From NCBI RefSeq assembly GCF_001194135.2, contig NC_068983.1, positions 109,690,032 to 109,754,031 of the forward strand: a stretch of 64,000 nt of DNA. The letters run 5' to 3'. Each line of letters opens with the position of its first letter. The first letter of the stretch is position 1. The position numbers and the translations under genes are program-made. Below the pieces are notes generated by a model. It saw nothing but the letters and a program-made list of their open reading frames with translations. It did no database searches and was not told the origin of the DNA. The DNA is from Octopus bimaculoides (lineage: Eukaryota). Below are positions 50,341-64,000 of the stretch, in pieces.

Positions 50341-51234
50341 ATATATATATATGCATGTATATCAGGTGTATATACTTGAAAATCATTTAACTAAGTTTTC
50401 TATCAGACTGTATACACTAACAAATGCATGCACATTTAAAAGTTTACAAGTTTCAACCCAGTAGATTTTATCATCACTTATAGTCTTCTCATGATGACAA
50501 TTTCTGTTTTGAATGTGTAAGATATCTACTTACCAAATTCCTTAATCCACCAAGACTTTGGAAGAAAACATTTCAGAATTGTATAACTAAGCAATCTCAT
50601 TTAAAATTAATGCCTGCCATCTTTCAGTGCAGCCAATATGACTAACATATCCCTTTTTGCTTGCATCAGAATCCGATTTTTACAAAAGCAGATGCAATAA
50701 AAAATAGGTTATCTCATTCATCTAGGTATAAAGTTCAGTAATAGATCAATAACAAACCAGACCGAGACCTTTATACTGCAAAGAGAGTTTTATGCAATAT
50801 CATTTATCATTCTGCTATTGCTAGGTACATCACTTTAAAAAAGTTGAGAAAAAAATTCACGAAGTGTGTACATCGTTTGTTACTAATATAAAGTTGGAAT
50901 CGATAAAAAAAAATCTGTTTTGTACAACTCTTATATTCTAGGATATCTAACATATTTCCAATCAAGTTGCTATTTTCATTGCATGAATGCATCAAAGATT
51001 TATTATAATTTACTCTCACTAATGTTTCCTAAACAAAACATTTTATTAGTTTCATCACTTTTAGCATTTATGAGTCAAGTGAAAGATTGGCAAACTTGAG
51101 ATCTGATCAGAATTATATTTGTAGGCAAGGTTTATTATTCAATTCAGTCAATAAAATTTGAATTTGGATATATATGATTCAGGCACAAGAATATCCATTT
51201 CAAGAATCACAAAATAACTTTTTCTAACATAAGT

Positions 51235-51650
51235 ACAAGGCCAGAAATTTAAGGAGAGGGGGTTAGTCATTTAAATCAATCCTAATACTCAACCAGGACT
51301 GTATTTTATTGAGACCAGAAGCATGATTGCAAAATTGACTTTGATGGGATGTGGACTCAGAATGTAAAGAGCCAGGACAAATACTGCAAAATAATTCATC
51401 CAACATTTTATCAATTCTGTCAATCCCCTGTCCAGATACTCACAAAATAATGGTTTATGATTTAGATGCAAAACTAGAAATTTTGAGGGAAGGTTTTAAG
51501 TCAATACCATCAACCATGGTACTTGACTGGTATTTTATGTTATCAATCCCTGTGGGATAAAAGACAAAGTTGACCCCACTGCAATTTGAACTCAGAATGT
51601 AAAAGACTGGAACAAATTTATCCAACATTATTCTGCCAATCCAATGCTGA
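51235..51650 (-). mobile_element. Two adjacent degenerate SINE copies, second family
   Basis: AAATTT..GGAGAGGGG..AGTCA...CAA.ACT...ACTG.TATTTTAT occurs twice (~51245 and ~51475), homologous to 13570. Confidence 0.65.
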
Positions 51651-52744
51651 GAGAATTACAGTATAATAAAATTAAAGACAATGTCTTTTTAAAAAATTAT
51701 TGGAATTAATAGTTAAAAACTAATGTCATGTCAATTTTATTGAGGAAAGAGATACTTTGTATTACAAATTATTATAACTAGTGTTAACCTCTCTTTTTTC
51801 TTGTAGTCGTTGGTTGTCATTGAATTTCAAATTCAGTATTTCTAAGAAATACATTTGAAATCAATAGCAATTTTCACTTCCAACTCTATAAACAAACTGA
51901 TACTTAGGAGTCAGTTTTTGTATTTCATCTCTATGAGATGGATTAAAGTACCATGCACAGCTGTTGAAGATTCATGTTGGCTAATTCTTCTGCAAAACTG
52001 TCTTCTAGTATGAAATACAATACTTTTCAGTAATATCAAATACAAAATATTAAGACAAACTTTATTCAATTCAATTAACCAGTTTTGTTATTTATACTAA
52101 TTTTTAATCAACAAGTTATAAAAAAATCCTAAAATGCATAACAAACAATATTATAATGAATGAAAATATTACATGAATTTTGTATGTTTGTGTGAATGAT
52201 AGACCCACCTCAATAGCACAATATGCCCCCAAGCAAAGTAATGCATTGGGATCACTACATATACAACTACAGCATACATAGTTTAATGTGGAGCTCCTGG
52301 TCAAAGCCCAGGGCGTTGATGCCTTAAAATGGCATTAAAGAGTGTGTATAATTTTCATCAACTTTAAAAGAAATGGACAATGATTTTTGATAACAACACT
52401 TCAAAGGAACATTGAAGTGCTACAAAGCATAATAACATTATAGTAACTGTTAAGCAGACTAGTAACAAACTATTATATCTTCATAATTCTAAGTCCAGCC
52501 AGATATCTATTCTTTACTCCTTGATTTTCATTTTCTTTTGGTGAGAAGCTTATGTTCTTTACTGAAGCTTTCAAGAAAGCTTTTGTCTGTCAATGATATC
52601 AAGGAGAATTATTCAGAGTGCAACTATATATTGCCAGATTTCACACATGTGGCTTTTATACAGTTCTCAAAAAAGCAGTACTGGTTACAACTGCTCCATG
52701 TAACTGATATGGTGCAGCAAAATATTCAGAAAATATGATATCTT

Positions 52745-52983
52745 TTATCTTTCAATTGTTTCAGTCATTAGATGGTGGCCATACTGGAGCACAGCCTTGG
52801 AGGGTTTTAGTCAAACAAATCAACCCCATGACTTTTTTAAAGCCTAGTGCTTATTCTATTGGGCTCTATTGATGAACTGCTAAGCTATAGCAATGTAAAC
52901 ACACCAAGACTGGTTGTCAGGCAGTGGTGGTGGTGGGGGTGGGGGACAAACACAGACATAAGAACACAGAGATACATACATAC

Positions 52984-53030
<47 letters not shown>

Positions 53031-53180
53031 CATGTATGTGTATATGTATATATGATGAGCTTTCAAAGTCAGCCTGGGGCTATAACAGAAGACACTAGCT
53101 CAAGGTGCCATGCAGTGAGACTGAGCCCAAAACCTTGTGGTTGGGAAGCAAGCTTCTTACCACACAGCTATGCCAGCACC
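52745..53180 (-). mobile_element. tRNA-derived SINE, reverse orientation
   Basis: Reverse-complement homolog of 28616-29068. Confidence 0.8.
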
Positions 53181-56100
53181 TCTGAATTTCTGCTTCTGAA
53201 ATTTGTTTCAAATATAATGCTGTTTTAGCAAATCACTTGTTCAACTATATGCCAACTACTGCAATTTCAAATTTAAGTCAAAGTAAAAATAAGTGAACTT
53301 ACACAATTATATTTTTCTATTTATGAGTAATAAAAAGAAAATTTCATTATTTTCCAAAAGTTCCTCTGAACTAAGAACCAAATACGTGAGTGAGCCAGCC
53401 ATTTCATGATTTATATATCTTGCCTGTTTCCATCAGCATTATAAAAATTCATTCTCCAATCAAATTCATTTTATAGATTGCAAAAATTTTACTATAGATA
53501 GTTTCTACTATGTAGTTATAAAGGAAAAAATATTATGAAATCAAAACTGTTCAAGTGTTTTCTCTTTGTAATAGCAGCATACAAAATTATAATAGCAGCA
53601 TACGAAATTATAATTCAACCTTGTCACAGTATTTTAACTGAACTGAATATAGTAGTTAGCCAATACCAATACATTGTGTAGCCATTGGTCAGTTCTGATT
53701 GAGAAGGCCTATGAATAAAGACGTTTCAGCATGATTATCCGGTCTTTTTGTATCTCTTTCATCACTTGAAATATGTTAAATCTAAAAGTGAGCTAACTAG
53801 ATGTCAATTCATAACTTTTTCTTTTCTTCTTGTTTATGTTAATTTTAGGATTACATTTATTTTATTTAGTTCTTGCTATAGATATATTTAGGACTCCACC
53901 CATTCGTTATCAAATGCCATAATTGTTATGCACGTGTGCTCAAGCTGTTTTCATACTCATACAGGTTTCCATTACTTTTATCTACTATGTATTTAGACCT
54001 ATTTTTAGTAATAGCAGCCAGATTATGCTGAAATCAATGTCAGACTCACCGATTGTGTTCTTAACATTATCTTCACTGTCTCTTCTATTTTCAGTTGTTT
54101 CCAATGATGATTCTTTATTTATAACAGAAACTTCATGCCATAGTGGTATATGATTTCCATTTTCACATTATTCGTGACTTTATTGTTTTAACTCCAATTA
54201 CAGCTTTCCAATATTCTGCAATCCTAATCTTTAGCAGCTGTTATATTTTCCCCTTGTGCTTGGAATGTTATATAAGCAATTTTTCAAGTCTCATCTGTTG
54301 AATTGCTTTAACTCTGGTAAGACATCTGAAAGATGTAGTGTTACTTCTTAACAATGTTCTGGGGCTATAGTGATCACAGGAACATGTATTTTTTTCCTGT
54401 AAAATCTTCATATAATGAAGTTAAGTAAAAGGCATGATGGGTTAAGGAATCCAACCTCAATATATTTGGTGCCATTTGTTTTCAAAGGAAGGTTTTCAAT
54501 ATTATTTACAATTATTTTATCCCTCTATAACATATTATTTATGATATCAGCATAAATCCTTTGAAATCAGGTTATTTTTGAGATAATTCAAACTTATTTT
54601 AAAGTTAACTCAAAAATACTTAGAAACAAAAATAAACAAAAAAATCATCAGAGTTTATATAATAAATGCATGAAGTATAAAGACCACACACTCAAATCAT
54701 TAGATATTTCAAGAATATTAAATTAATTAAGTATAATAAATAGTTTTATACATTATATTTCAGCACCACAGTATCATTCATCAATGAAGATATCAAGAAA
54801 ATATATTAGAATCCAAGTATAATAGTGCTAGATTGCCTATGACTATTTTCCATCAACATACCATTGTTCTAGTTTTTCTTGATGTGATTTTAATGTAATA
54901 AGCTTTATCGCAAATAAACAGCTGCATTGGTCAAACGGTCATTCAGTTTGTATTGGACCATTGTTTAAGAGTCACATTTAGTTGTTTCTTTTCTATAGTG
55001 CATTCTATGGAATTTATACGATGTGATAAAGCATGACTATGTTCCTAGTTCTGGCACAGAATGAAGGTGCCATCCACATGTTTCAGACAGTCTGTAGGTT
55101 CTTTCAATTGTTTTATTTGAATATTAGCCTGAGCAGGTCATAATAGAGAACCTATGTGCACCATTTCTAATTGTTGATTTACTTTCCATCTCAAGGTAAA
55201 TAAACCTGATGCACAGTATCAACATTTCCATTATATTGTCAGGTCATAAGTAATCTAATCAATAGTCTGAAAGTTCTCTCATTTTTAGGCTGGTTCTGAC
55301 AACTCATACAGATTCATCAGTTGAAACCATTGTGAATATGTTGATTACATCAAGGTTTATTATTATTTGACAGGATGCAGTGTTTGTATCTTCACAGATT
55401 TTTTAAAACAAATTGCTTAATATGAGGTAGTTAAACTCATGAAGGAAGAAATTGTGTATAGCACATAGTAACTCAGAGTGTGACATGTTCAGCATGTGTG
55501 CAACCAACAATTGGTGTAAGTGACATTCATGGTTTGTTTATTTTTGTATGGCCATACAAATGTGGTGAGTTGCTTTGGTGAGGTATGTTCGTGGCTTTAA
55601 TTATGTATCTAAATAAAAACAGATCTTACTTTAAAAACAGACTTGTGTAGCTAACCTTTACTTAACAAGGTGATTAAAATTTTAGTGTAAACCTATTTAT
55701 CAATAACTACATTAACCTTTTCCAAGCTAACTACAATAACCTTTTCCAAGTGTTATGACTGTCTTAGGTAGAATTCCAATCGTTCTAAGAATTGTTTCAT
55801 TTGGGATGAGCAGACTTTCATTTAATTATAGAAGTTCTATTATATATTATTAGAATTTTCCCAATAGCCACCTCAGCGAGAGCTATGATATTTAAGTAGA
55901 GAATTCCCTTGATTGTAATAGTGATTCTTTCAGTATATATGAAGTTATAAGTTGGAAAAAAAGTTGTAATGTTTATTAATTGCACTAGTATTGCGAAACA
56001 ACATGGTGTTTGTAGCTACTTGGAAAAATGACTATTTTTTGTACTGACAAACTAAATTCGATAGAAATATAAAAGTGCATTAGAAGAATAAACTACAATT

Positions 56101-56779
56101 TTAGTAATATTTTATTTACAAACATCTTTAAAACAAAATATACAGTAACAAAAAATATGAGTGGTATTTTATTTGCTGTGAATCTTGTAGCTGATGCAAT
56201 ACATTGTTCGTGACAAAGATCTTACAATTTCAAGGTGGTGCAAAGGATGTAGAAGTCATCCAGTTGATACAACAAAATAAAAAGTAGAAATTGCAATAAC
56301 ATACGATGATTAACATACACTTTGCTGTCATAAAAAAGTGGAAGTAAACTATCCTAAAACAAATTGGTGTTAATACTGCTTCTGTTGCTAATAATTATTT
56401 TTAATAGGCTTGTTGGATATTTGTGGCATCAATGCTCGAGCAGTCACTGAAATTCCAGATATTACTGGTAGTGAGATTTGGCTGTATGCAGCAACTGGGT
56501 GTTTGCCCCTGAAGAGATAGGGAACATTGAAATCACATGATCTGACAGTTCTAGCATCCATAGTAGCCAATTCTAACTGGCCAAAGATATAAATGTGAGT
56601 GCTTTTATGTACCATACATCCATATGAGAAGTACTCCCCAGGCAAATAATGCAGAATTTGGCATTCTAACAATACATTCATGTTAAGTTGGATATAAAGA
56701 CTGCTTTTAGGAAATTGTAATAGAAACTGAAAATGACAACAGTGACATCCAATAATTTCATGTAAGCAATGTAGTAAAT

Positions 56780-57335
56780 TTGTTTTGCTACACGTGATCA
56801 TGAAGGTATGATGTAAATAAATCATCATTAGACCCACATTGTCACCTAAGTTTCTTCCTGACAAGCATCCATCACCCTTCTAGTTCTATAGTCTACCATT
56901 CAGGTCAACAAAATTGAGTGAATGGTTGACAACTTCATGAGAATAGAAGTTGCCCATATAAGATGCATACCCAACAGACATCAAAAATGTTCTTGGTGAT
57001 ATCCAATGCATTATAATGGGCCAAAGTGTTTCATGTGTGTGCCTGAGGACATCAGTCAAGTAGCATTTTTCTGCGCCCCTTTCTATTGCACTCAGTACCC
57101 TTCATGCTACTATTCTTGGTGATATTTTCAACGTATATATTTGAATTCATTTATTTTCACAGAAATGGGATATTATTTATAACATCCAATCCACCAAGTT
57201 GCTGTAGGTGAGCATCTAAGTGCTGCTCCTATACACATCTCAGGAAACTGCACCAATTAACCACTGTATTATTACTATCTTGCAGTTCAAAACTCATTTT
57301 GTGCAGTGGATAGTCTCTTACCTACATGTACATTA
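56780..57335 (-). pseudogene. Merlin (ISXO2/IS1595-like) transposase remnant
   Basis: Across frameshifts: TVVNWCSFLRCV...QLGGLD; SVKINEFKY (cf. VEIDESKY); IERGAEKCYL...ETLWPII..WISP; VVNHSLNFVD; EG*WMLVRKKLR...LFTSYLH. Confidence 0.8.
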
Positions 57336-59780
57336 GTTGAACTGTTATTGGTAGTCGAATGGCTCTTCTCATGAAATAAAATAGGGTTTGGTTACTACTT
57401 ATATTATTTTAACTGATGGAGCATTTGATTCAGCATGAAGAGATTCGACTAAATACTGACAGATATTTTAATCTTACTTCTTAAAGTTTCTGTTCACAAT
57501 CAAAAGCCAACAACTGAGAAGTCAACATTTCAGGTTGTTATTGTTGTTTATCTCCAGAACAATTCTGATTGCACCAGCCTATGATTAAAGAGGTATTCCA
57601 TTTGTGAGTCATCTAGACAAAGAATGAAATATGAGGATTATATCACGATGACTGTTAAATTTGTATATTGCTCCCTCAAAATCTTGTGGGCTCCTAATGA
57701 TCCATTTTCATATGGCTCCTGAAAGTGCAGAATATGACCCACTTTAGGGGCTATGTTTCTCCAAGTGGAGAATCCCTGGAACCAAACAAATTGTTGTGAG
57801 ATAATGCAATTTCTGAGATAAGATATTAAATCATTTTATGGATATTCAACTCAGTTACTAGTTCTTTTTTTTTCTCTTTAGTGAATCACTGTATGTTAGG
57901 TAAATGAACCTACTGTAGTTTCTACAGCAGAGAAATTAATACCACATAAAATGACACATATTTGTTTCATGAGATTGTGATATAATGATCACAGCATTAA
58001 ACTTCTTATAAGGTTTAATGAGAATGACTTTAAGGTACATGACAAATGGAAATTAGATTGCTTGAAATTTAATGATTAAGGTGAAGTTAACAGTCTGAAA
58101 AATTCTTCCATCAGCTTCTAATGATAACTTATCATAGAAATTCAGGCCTATGCAACTGAATTTATGTCAATTCAAAATAGACATCTTAATAAATGCTTAT
58201 AATAAATATTTAAAAAGACAAGCAACAGAAAATGAATCATGTATTTTCTGCTAACCAACTAAATATATCAAATATTACACTTTTACCAATTCTATCAATG
58301 GAACTGAGTGCAATCAAACTAGTTATTAAGTTTGAGTAGCTACATTTTACTAGAGGGATGAAAATATGGGTGGCAAAGAGATTCCAGTGATAATGACACA
58401 GCGAAATGTTTGGGCAAAGAATGAGTACAGTGTCCAGAAGGGGTGGAAAGATTATGATTATAGGCTTGTGGACTGTCTTGTCTTCTTGTTCAATCTAAAT
58501 GATAACTTTATCCATAAAAAACAATTTATCTAATTATTCTTTCCAAAGATTTGCATGTTTCTAAAAGCATATTTCTGATCTTATTTTCTTGTCAATCTTG
58601 ATAGAACATGAAGTGAAATATCCACCACCAAGCATCCTTATTTGGTGACAAAGGAGATGAGTTTGTAAAGAAATTCAATTCAATAAATTGTACTGGCATC
58701 CCTGTGTTACAGAAACATTGAATTCCTGAAAATCATGCCACAGTGTGAAATCTCTTAATGGGAAACCTATTTTCCATTGACATGCATATTACAAAGAATT
58801 CAATGAGAAATATGTGTCATATGGAATTCTGTTAGAGGAACACAATGCTTCTATATTGCAGAGTGTGTGTATATTATTTCTTTATCATTTGATATCTAAA
58901 TGGTAGAAAAGAAATTACAGCAAATATCATTATTTTTCTCAAATATTTTAATTAAGATAGAAATCACACCAAAAGATAGCAATTAAAAGTGTATTTTAAT
59001 CAAAGAATATTTATATGACAGTTGCATGCTAGGCTGAAACCAACCTCAATGTATTGATACTTATTTTACTTTCACTGATGGAGCATTTGATTCAGCATGA
59101 AGAGATTCAACTAAATACAGACAGATATTTTAATCTCACTTCACAATCAAAAGCCAGCAACTGAAAAGTTAACATTTCAAGTTGTTATTGTTTTTCTCCA
59201 GGACAATTCTGATTGAGCCAACCTATGATTAAAAAGGCATTCCAATTGTGATTCATCTAGATGATATCAGGCATAATGTATCTAGATATACATTAACCAA
59301 TGTGTCTTGCACACTGGTTAATGTTGAGCTTTGAGGGAAATTAGGCTGTTATTTCAAAGCAGGTGAAGCATCCATGTAAAAGTTTCTATGTTTACTGGAA
59401 CATTTTAGGATTTTAGTCATGCTGAATCATTTATTTACATGTTTTTATTCATTTTATACGGTACTATGAATCCTGACTGTCAAATTTACATCTTAATGTA
59501 AATAAGACAGACTGAATTCACCAGAAAATAACTTATAGTAAGAAAGATCTAGTTGTTAGCATTAAATTGCAAATCCATTTATGAATCTTTTACTTTTTGA
59601 TTGTTTCAATTATTGGACTGCAACCTAATAGGATACTGTTGTGAAGAGTTTACTTGAACAAATTGATTATTTATTCTATTAGTCTCTTCTTGTTGACCCA
59701 TTGATTTGTGGAGATGTAATCAAACCAACACCAGTTGTCAAACAGAGGTGAGGGAGAAATACAAGCACACACTCACACAC

Positions 59781-60001
59781 ACGAGCAGGTGCTGAAAAGT
59801 TTCTTGCTTTAAGAGTATTGTGAAAGGCTTGGTTGGAGGCTCAACCTTCCAAGTTCTTTTACAGAGCTTAGAGGAACTAAAGGACCACTGCAATAAGCAT
59901 GTGAATCTGAAAGGGGAATATGTTGCATAAAATCTTAACTAACTGATCCTCCTGTATTTCTTTTACTCAAAGCCAGGAACTTTTCAGCACCCCCTTGCAT
60001 A
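59781..60001 (+). mobile_element. Mariner-derived MITE
   Basis: ~30-bp imperfect TIRs (GGTGCTGAAAAGTTTCTTGCTTT / AAAGCCAGGAACTTTTCAGCACC); internal remnant KHVNLKGEYVA* of a mariner C-terminus. Confidence 0.75.
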
Positions 60002-60019
60002 CACAAACACGCATGCACA

Positions 60020-60150
60020 CACAACAGCTTTCTTTTAGTTTCTGTCTACCAAATCCACTCACATGCCCAAGATACCATGCAGTGGGTTTCAACCACAAAC
60101 CATGTGGTTGAGAAGCAATCCTCTTACAACAACAGCCATGCCTGCATCTA
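60020..60150 (-). mobile_element. SINE 5' fragment
   Basis: TTTCTGTCTACCAAATCCACTCAC...AACCATGTGGTTG, reverse homolog of the 28616 head. Confidence 0.7.
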
Positions 60151-60589
60151 TTACAAATTTGTTTAGATCTTTCAGCGTATAACTCTACTAATACTATGTG
60201 AATAACGTATAGTCTAAAGCCAAATACCATTACAAATTATGATATTAAATATTTGGTCATATGTGTACATGGCATTAATAACTACATATCAGCTTGCATA
60301 CTCAGTTTAATAATTAAAATATTTCATAGCCTATCATGATTTGTTGCTATTTATATCATTTGTTGTAGGTTTTGAAATTATACATAATTGGAAATCAGAG
60401 TGAACATCAAAACAACTGTTACATACAGAAAGACAAATAAATAAGAACAGAGAAATACATTTCAAGGATGGAGTCATGGTTATAGAGAAATTCTTTAATG
60501 TGGTAGACTGATAAATTGATCTTTTCTTGATTTTAATCACCTTTTTGTGAAATAGAGTATAGTTCACACACACAATTTATTAAAAAATA

Positions 60590-60713
60590 TAACACACACA
60601 CATACACACATGCATACACATACATGTATATATAAAAGCATATATTTACATATATATGAACAAATATTTATATATACATACTGACATGCACACACATATA
60701 TAATACATATATG

Positions 60714-60747
<34 letters not shown>

Positions 60748-60758
60748 ATACATATATG

Positions 60759-60792
<34 letters not shown>

Positions 60793-60809
60793 ATACATAT
60801 ATGCTTACA
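60590..60809. repeat. Compound minisatellite: TATAATACATATATGCTT + (AC)n units
   Basis: Three consecutive units visible before the gap. Confidence 0.85.
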
Positions 60810-61714
60810 NNNNNNNNNNNNNNNNNNNNNNNNNNNNNNNNNNNNNNNNNNNNNNNNNNNNNNNNNNNNNNNNNNNNNNNNNNNNNNNNNNNNNNNNNNN
60901 NNNNNNNNNNNNNNNNNNNNNNNNNNNNNNNNNNNNNNNNNNNNNNNNNNNNNNNNNNNNNNNNNNNNNNNNNNNNNNNNNNNNNNNNNNNNNNNNNNNN
61001 NNNNNNNNNNNNNNNNNNNNNNNNNNNNNNNNNNNNNNNNNNNNNNNNNNNNNNNNNNNNNNNNNNNNNNNNNNNNNNNNNNNNNNNNNNNNNNNNNNNN
61101 NNNNNNNNNNNNNNNNNNNNNNNNNNNNNNNNAGGAGCTTCCAGTTTCACCAAAACCTGCTCTCACCATCCTTACCCCATCACCGTTGGGCTTGTGTAAA
61201 AAAAAGGGGGGGGGGAGGAATTTGGATCCAAATGAAACCAACCAATGATGTGAGTTTATTTAGGGTGGAGATCTCTTTGCCAAGGGGATCCCCACGCACT
61301 ATGCTTCAAAATCTTTCTGCCATGGCACTACCAAGAATGACATGTGAGTTCCAGATGATGGGTTGCTATGGAATGCCACTAGCTCCAATGTTATTAGAGT
61401 TGTGCCTTTGTAGCCATTCTGTCTGGCATTGCTTTCTATTGCTATGATTAATCGTTGAGTTCAGAGATCTAGCTTCCTCCGTTTGATCCACTGTTGGGGT
61501 CTTAGTTTGGTGTGGTAAGGGATAAGGACAGCACTCCTGTGCCCCTGTTTGAACACATCTTGTTTTTAGTTCTGATGGGTGCCCTCACACCCTCTTCCAA
61601 GATGTAGCAAGCTGAACCAAGAGGGGAACCGATGACCTGTAAATAACTGAGAAGAATGAGAGTACATGGTTGACATTGTCTCCAGGAAGTGACCTCAACA
61701 CCATATACACACAT

Positions 61715-61754
<40 letters not shown>

Positions 61755-62015
61755 GTATACATGTATCGTCTTGGCACTCTGTTGGTTACGACGATGAAGG
61801 TTCCAGTTGATCTGATCAAGGGAACAGCTTGCTCATGAAATTAACATGCAAGTGGCTGAGCACCCCACAGACACATGTACCCATAATGTAGTTCTCAGGG
61901 AGATTCAGCGTGACACAGAGTGTGACAAGGTTGGCCCTTTGAAATACAGGTACAACAGAAACAGAAAGAAAGAGTGAGAGAAAGAGTACAGCAGTGTTCG
62001 TAACCACACCCCGCT

Positions 62016-62140
62016 GGGGCCTCGTGGAGCTTTAGGTGTTTTCGCTCAATAAACACTCACAACGCCAGGTCTGGGAATTGAAACTGTGATCCTATGACTG
62101 CGTGTCCGCTGCCCTAACCACTGGGCCATTGCGCATCCAC
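62016..62140 (-). mobile_element. tRNA-derived SINE head
   Basis: Minus strand GTGGATGCGCAATGGCCCAGTGGTTAGGGCAGCGG...GTTTCAATTCC; homolog of 2744-2847. Confidence 0.8.
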
Positions 62141-64000
62141 TATATANNNNNNNNNNNNNNNNNNNNNNNNNNNNNNNNNNNNNNNNNNNNNNNNNNNNNN
62201 NNNNNNNNNNNNNNNNNNNNNNNNNNNNNNNNNNNNNNNNNNNNNNNNNNNNNNNNNNNNNNNNNNNNNNNNNNNNNNNNNNNNNNNNNNNNNNNNACAT
62301 ACATACATACACACATACATATATAGATATACACTAGCAAAATGACTACCCTCCAGGCAGTTTTCTGCTAGCCACTTGATAATATTTTCAGTCAATTCCC
62401 AGTTCTAATAATTCTTATATTTCACATCTAATTGTTTCTTCATATAATACAGTTCACTTGCTTATTAAATATTGCTTTCATTATTTTATCACAGTCATAA
62501 TCTCGCTTTTTTAAACAAACATCAAGGTAGCCTAGCTACAGAAGGGGAGGCAGTTTGTAAAGTTTTACCTTCTCCTCAAAGCAACATAGAGATTTCAATT
62601 CAGCAGCCCATCTGTAAGCTTTGCAGTATGTGTGTGACAGAGAGGGGTGGAGAGAGAACATTGCAAACAATGAATGAAATAAACATGAAATGAAACAAAT
62701 CATATAAATAAAAGGGCATAACAACAGATGTATATGCCTCTAAATTTGTTGCCTCATAACATAAAGAAAATGGATACTTTTTAATGGAATTTTCTACAAA
62801 TACCACTTAGATGTTGTAACTTCAGAGGGAATCATGGCAAAGAATTTTTCCGAGGGAGTGGAAAGAGGAATTTCAGAAAATTCTCATGATCCGACTTCTT
62901 TCCCTTTCAAATGGCATAGATTATGATTATAAAGAAATTTGTAGGGAAAAATTTTCCAAGGGGTTGGGGAGAGGAGTTTCGGTAAAATGGTGTTTTTGAT
63001 CAGGAAGACTAAATAAGTCAAAACTACTCTGTTTTAACAGAGATTTTCTTCATTTTCTTTGAACCACAGCCTTCAAAATGATGGGGTTGGTGGGATGGGC
63101 ATCTTTGTATGAAAAAATTTTTCAAATTTTTTTTACCCTCATCACCTCCTTCATCATCTCACTCCAAACATATTTTGGCTAACTTTTTTTACACTTGAAA
63201 ATCATGGGCGGAGCCTTTTGGTAAAAACTAAAAAGAAACTGTTAATGCTTACAGTGGGATAAGTGAGTGATTTAAAGAAGATTTGGCTGTTGTTTCAAGC
63301 ACATCCCAAGACAAACTACCTCATTTTTTAATCACACTCATGTATTCATGTTTTTCAATATTTTTCTCCCCATAAATACATTTATATAGTATAAGAAATA
63401 ATTTTGAAAAATTATGATTTTTTTGCAACCCCACTCCCTGCACCTGATTGTTTCTGTTTATAATTTAAAATACTGGAGAGCCTAAGAAGATCATTGCTGG
63501 CATTTATCCATAGTGATTTTAAAAAAGAGTTCATAAACGATAATTCATTTTAATAGCATACTTTTCTGTTAGAAAATGTTTTTGCTTATACATGCATGGC
63601 TTCGCTTGATTGAGGTGGGGGTAAAAATTTAGATTACAAATTTTTTTTTTTGTTGCATATATTCCACCAATGGACTACACATGTGTTACTTCAGCATCAT
63701 CATTCCATAAATGTGTTAAACGGGAGAAAAATATTGAAAAAACATCAAGACATGTGAGAGGGAAAACAGAGGGTGGTTTGGGTTGTCCTAGAAACAACAG
63801 CCATGAATTTTTTACCTTTTCCTCTGAAAATATTTACAATTTTTTTTTTTTTTACCATCAAGGCTCCTCCATGGTTTTTAAGTTAAGAAAAGAAATGGCC
63901 AAAATTGATCTGGATAGCTATTAATGTAAGGCTTCTAGCGTTCCAAACAGCCATGACAACAAAATCACTTCTTAATTTGTTTTTTACAAAAATTATATCA

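Noticed and set aside
56388-56864. 158-aa minus-strand ORF as a host gene
   Set aside because: The 5' part overlaps the Merlin remnant out of frame; the rest has no recognisable homology or clear splice structure.

Overview
AT-rich, repeat-dense eukaryotic DNA from a draft assembly, with N gaps at 13038-13047, 17499-17671, 19203-20053, 23586-23616, 46708-47041, 60810-61132 and 62147-62296. The SINE and LINE-tail families and the abundant (CA)n/(AG)n arrays resemble octopod cephalopod repeats as I remember them; the taxon is an inference, not a search result. I could not recognise any host protein-coding exon with confidence, so the window is probably a long intron or intergenic, and most listed ORFs are microsatellite or gap artefacts. 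What can be supported is a varied set of mobile elements: (1) a complete 1.67-kb non-autonomous LTR element with 353-bp LTRs, tRNA-Trp PBS, PPT and CACT TSD, nested in an old RTE LINE; (2) a young RTE LINE with an uninterrupted RT frame, plus several RTE 3' tails; (3) a 180-bp element with a tRNA-like head, a 13-bp TSD and a minimal hammerhead-ribozyme core; (4) a 5'-truncated Penelope-like element with a GIY-YIG C-terminus and a second, decayed hammerhead motif; (5) a full-length DD36E Tc1 element (Incomer-type); (6) mariner, Merlin, HERO-type (RLE) and CR1/L2 remnants; (7) many tRNA-derived SINEs and MITEs. There are also several unexplained structures: a perfect 67-bp-arm palindrome, a template-switch-like scar, a ~350-bp tandem array with internal inverted repeats, two local dispersed duplications and a miRNA-sized hairpin.
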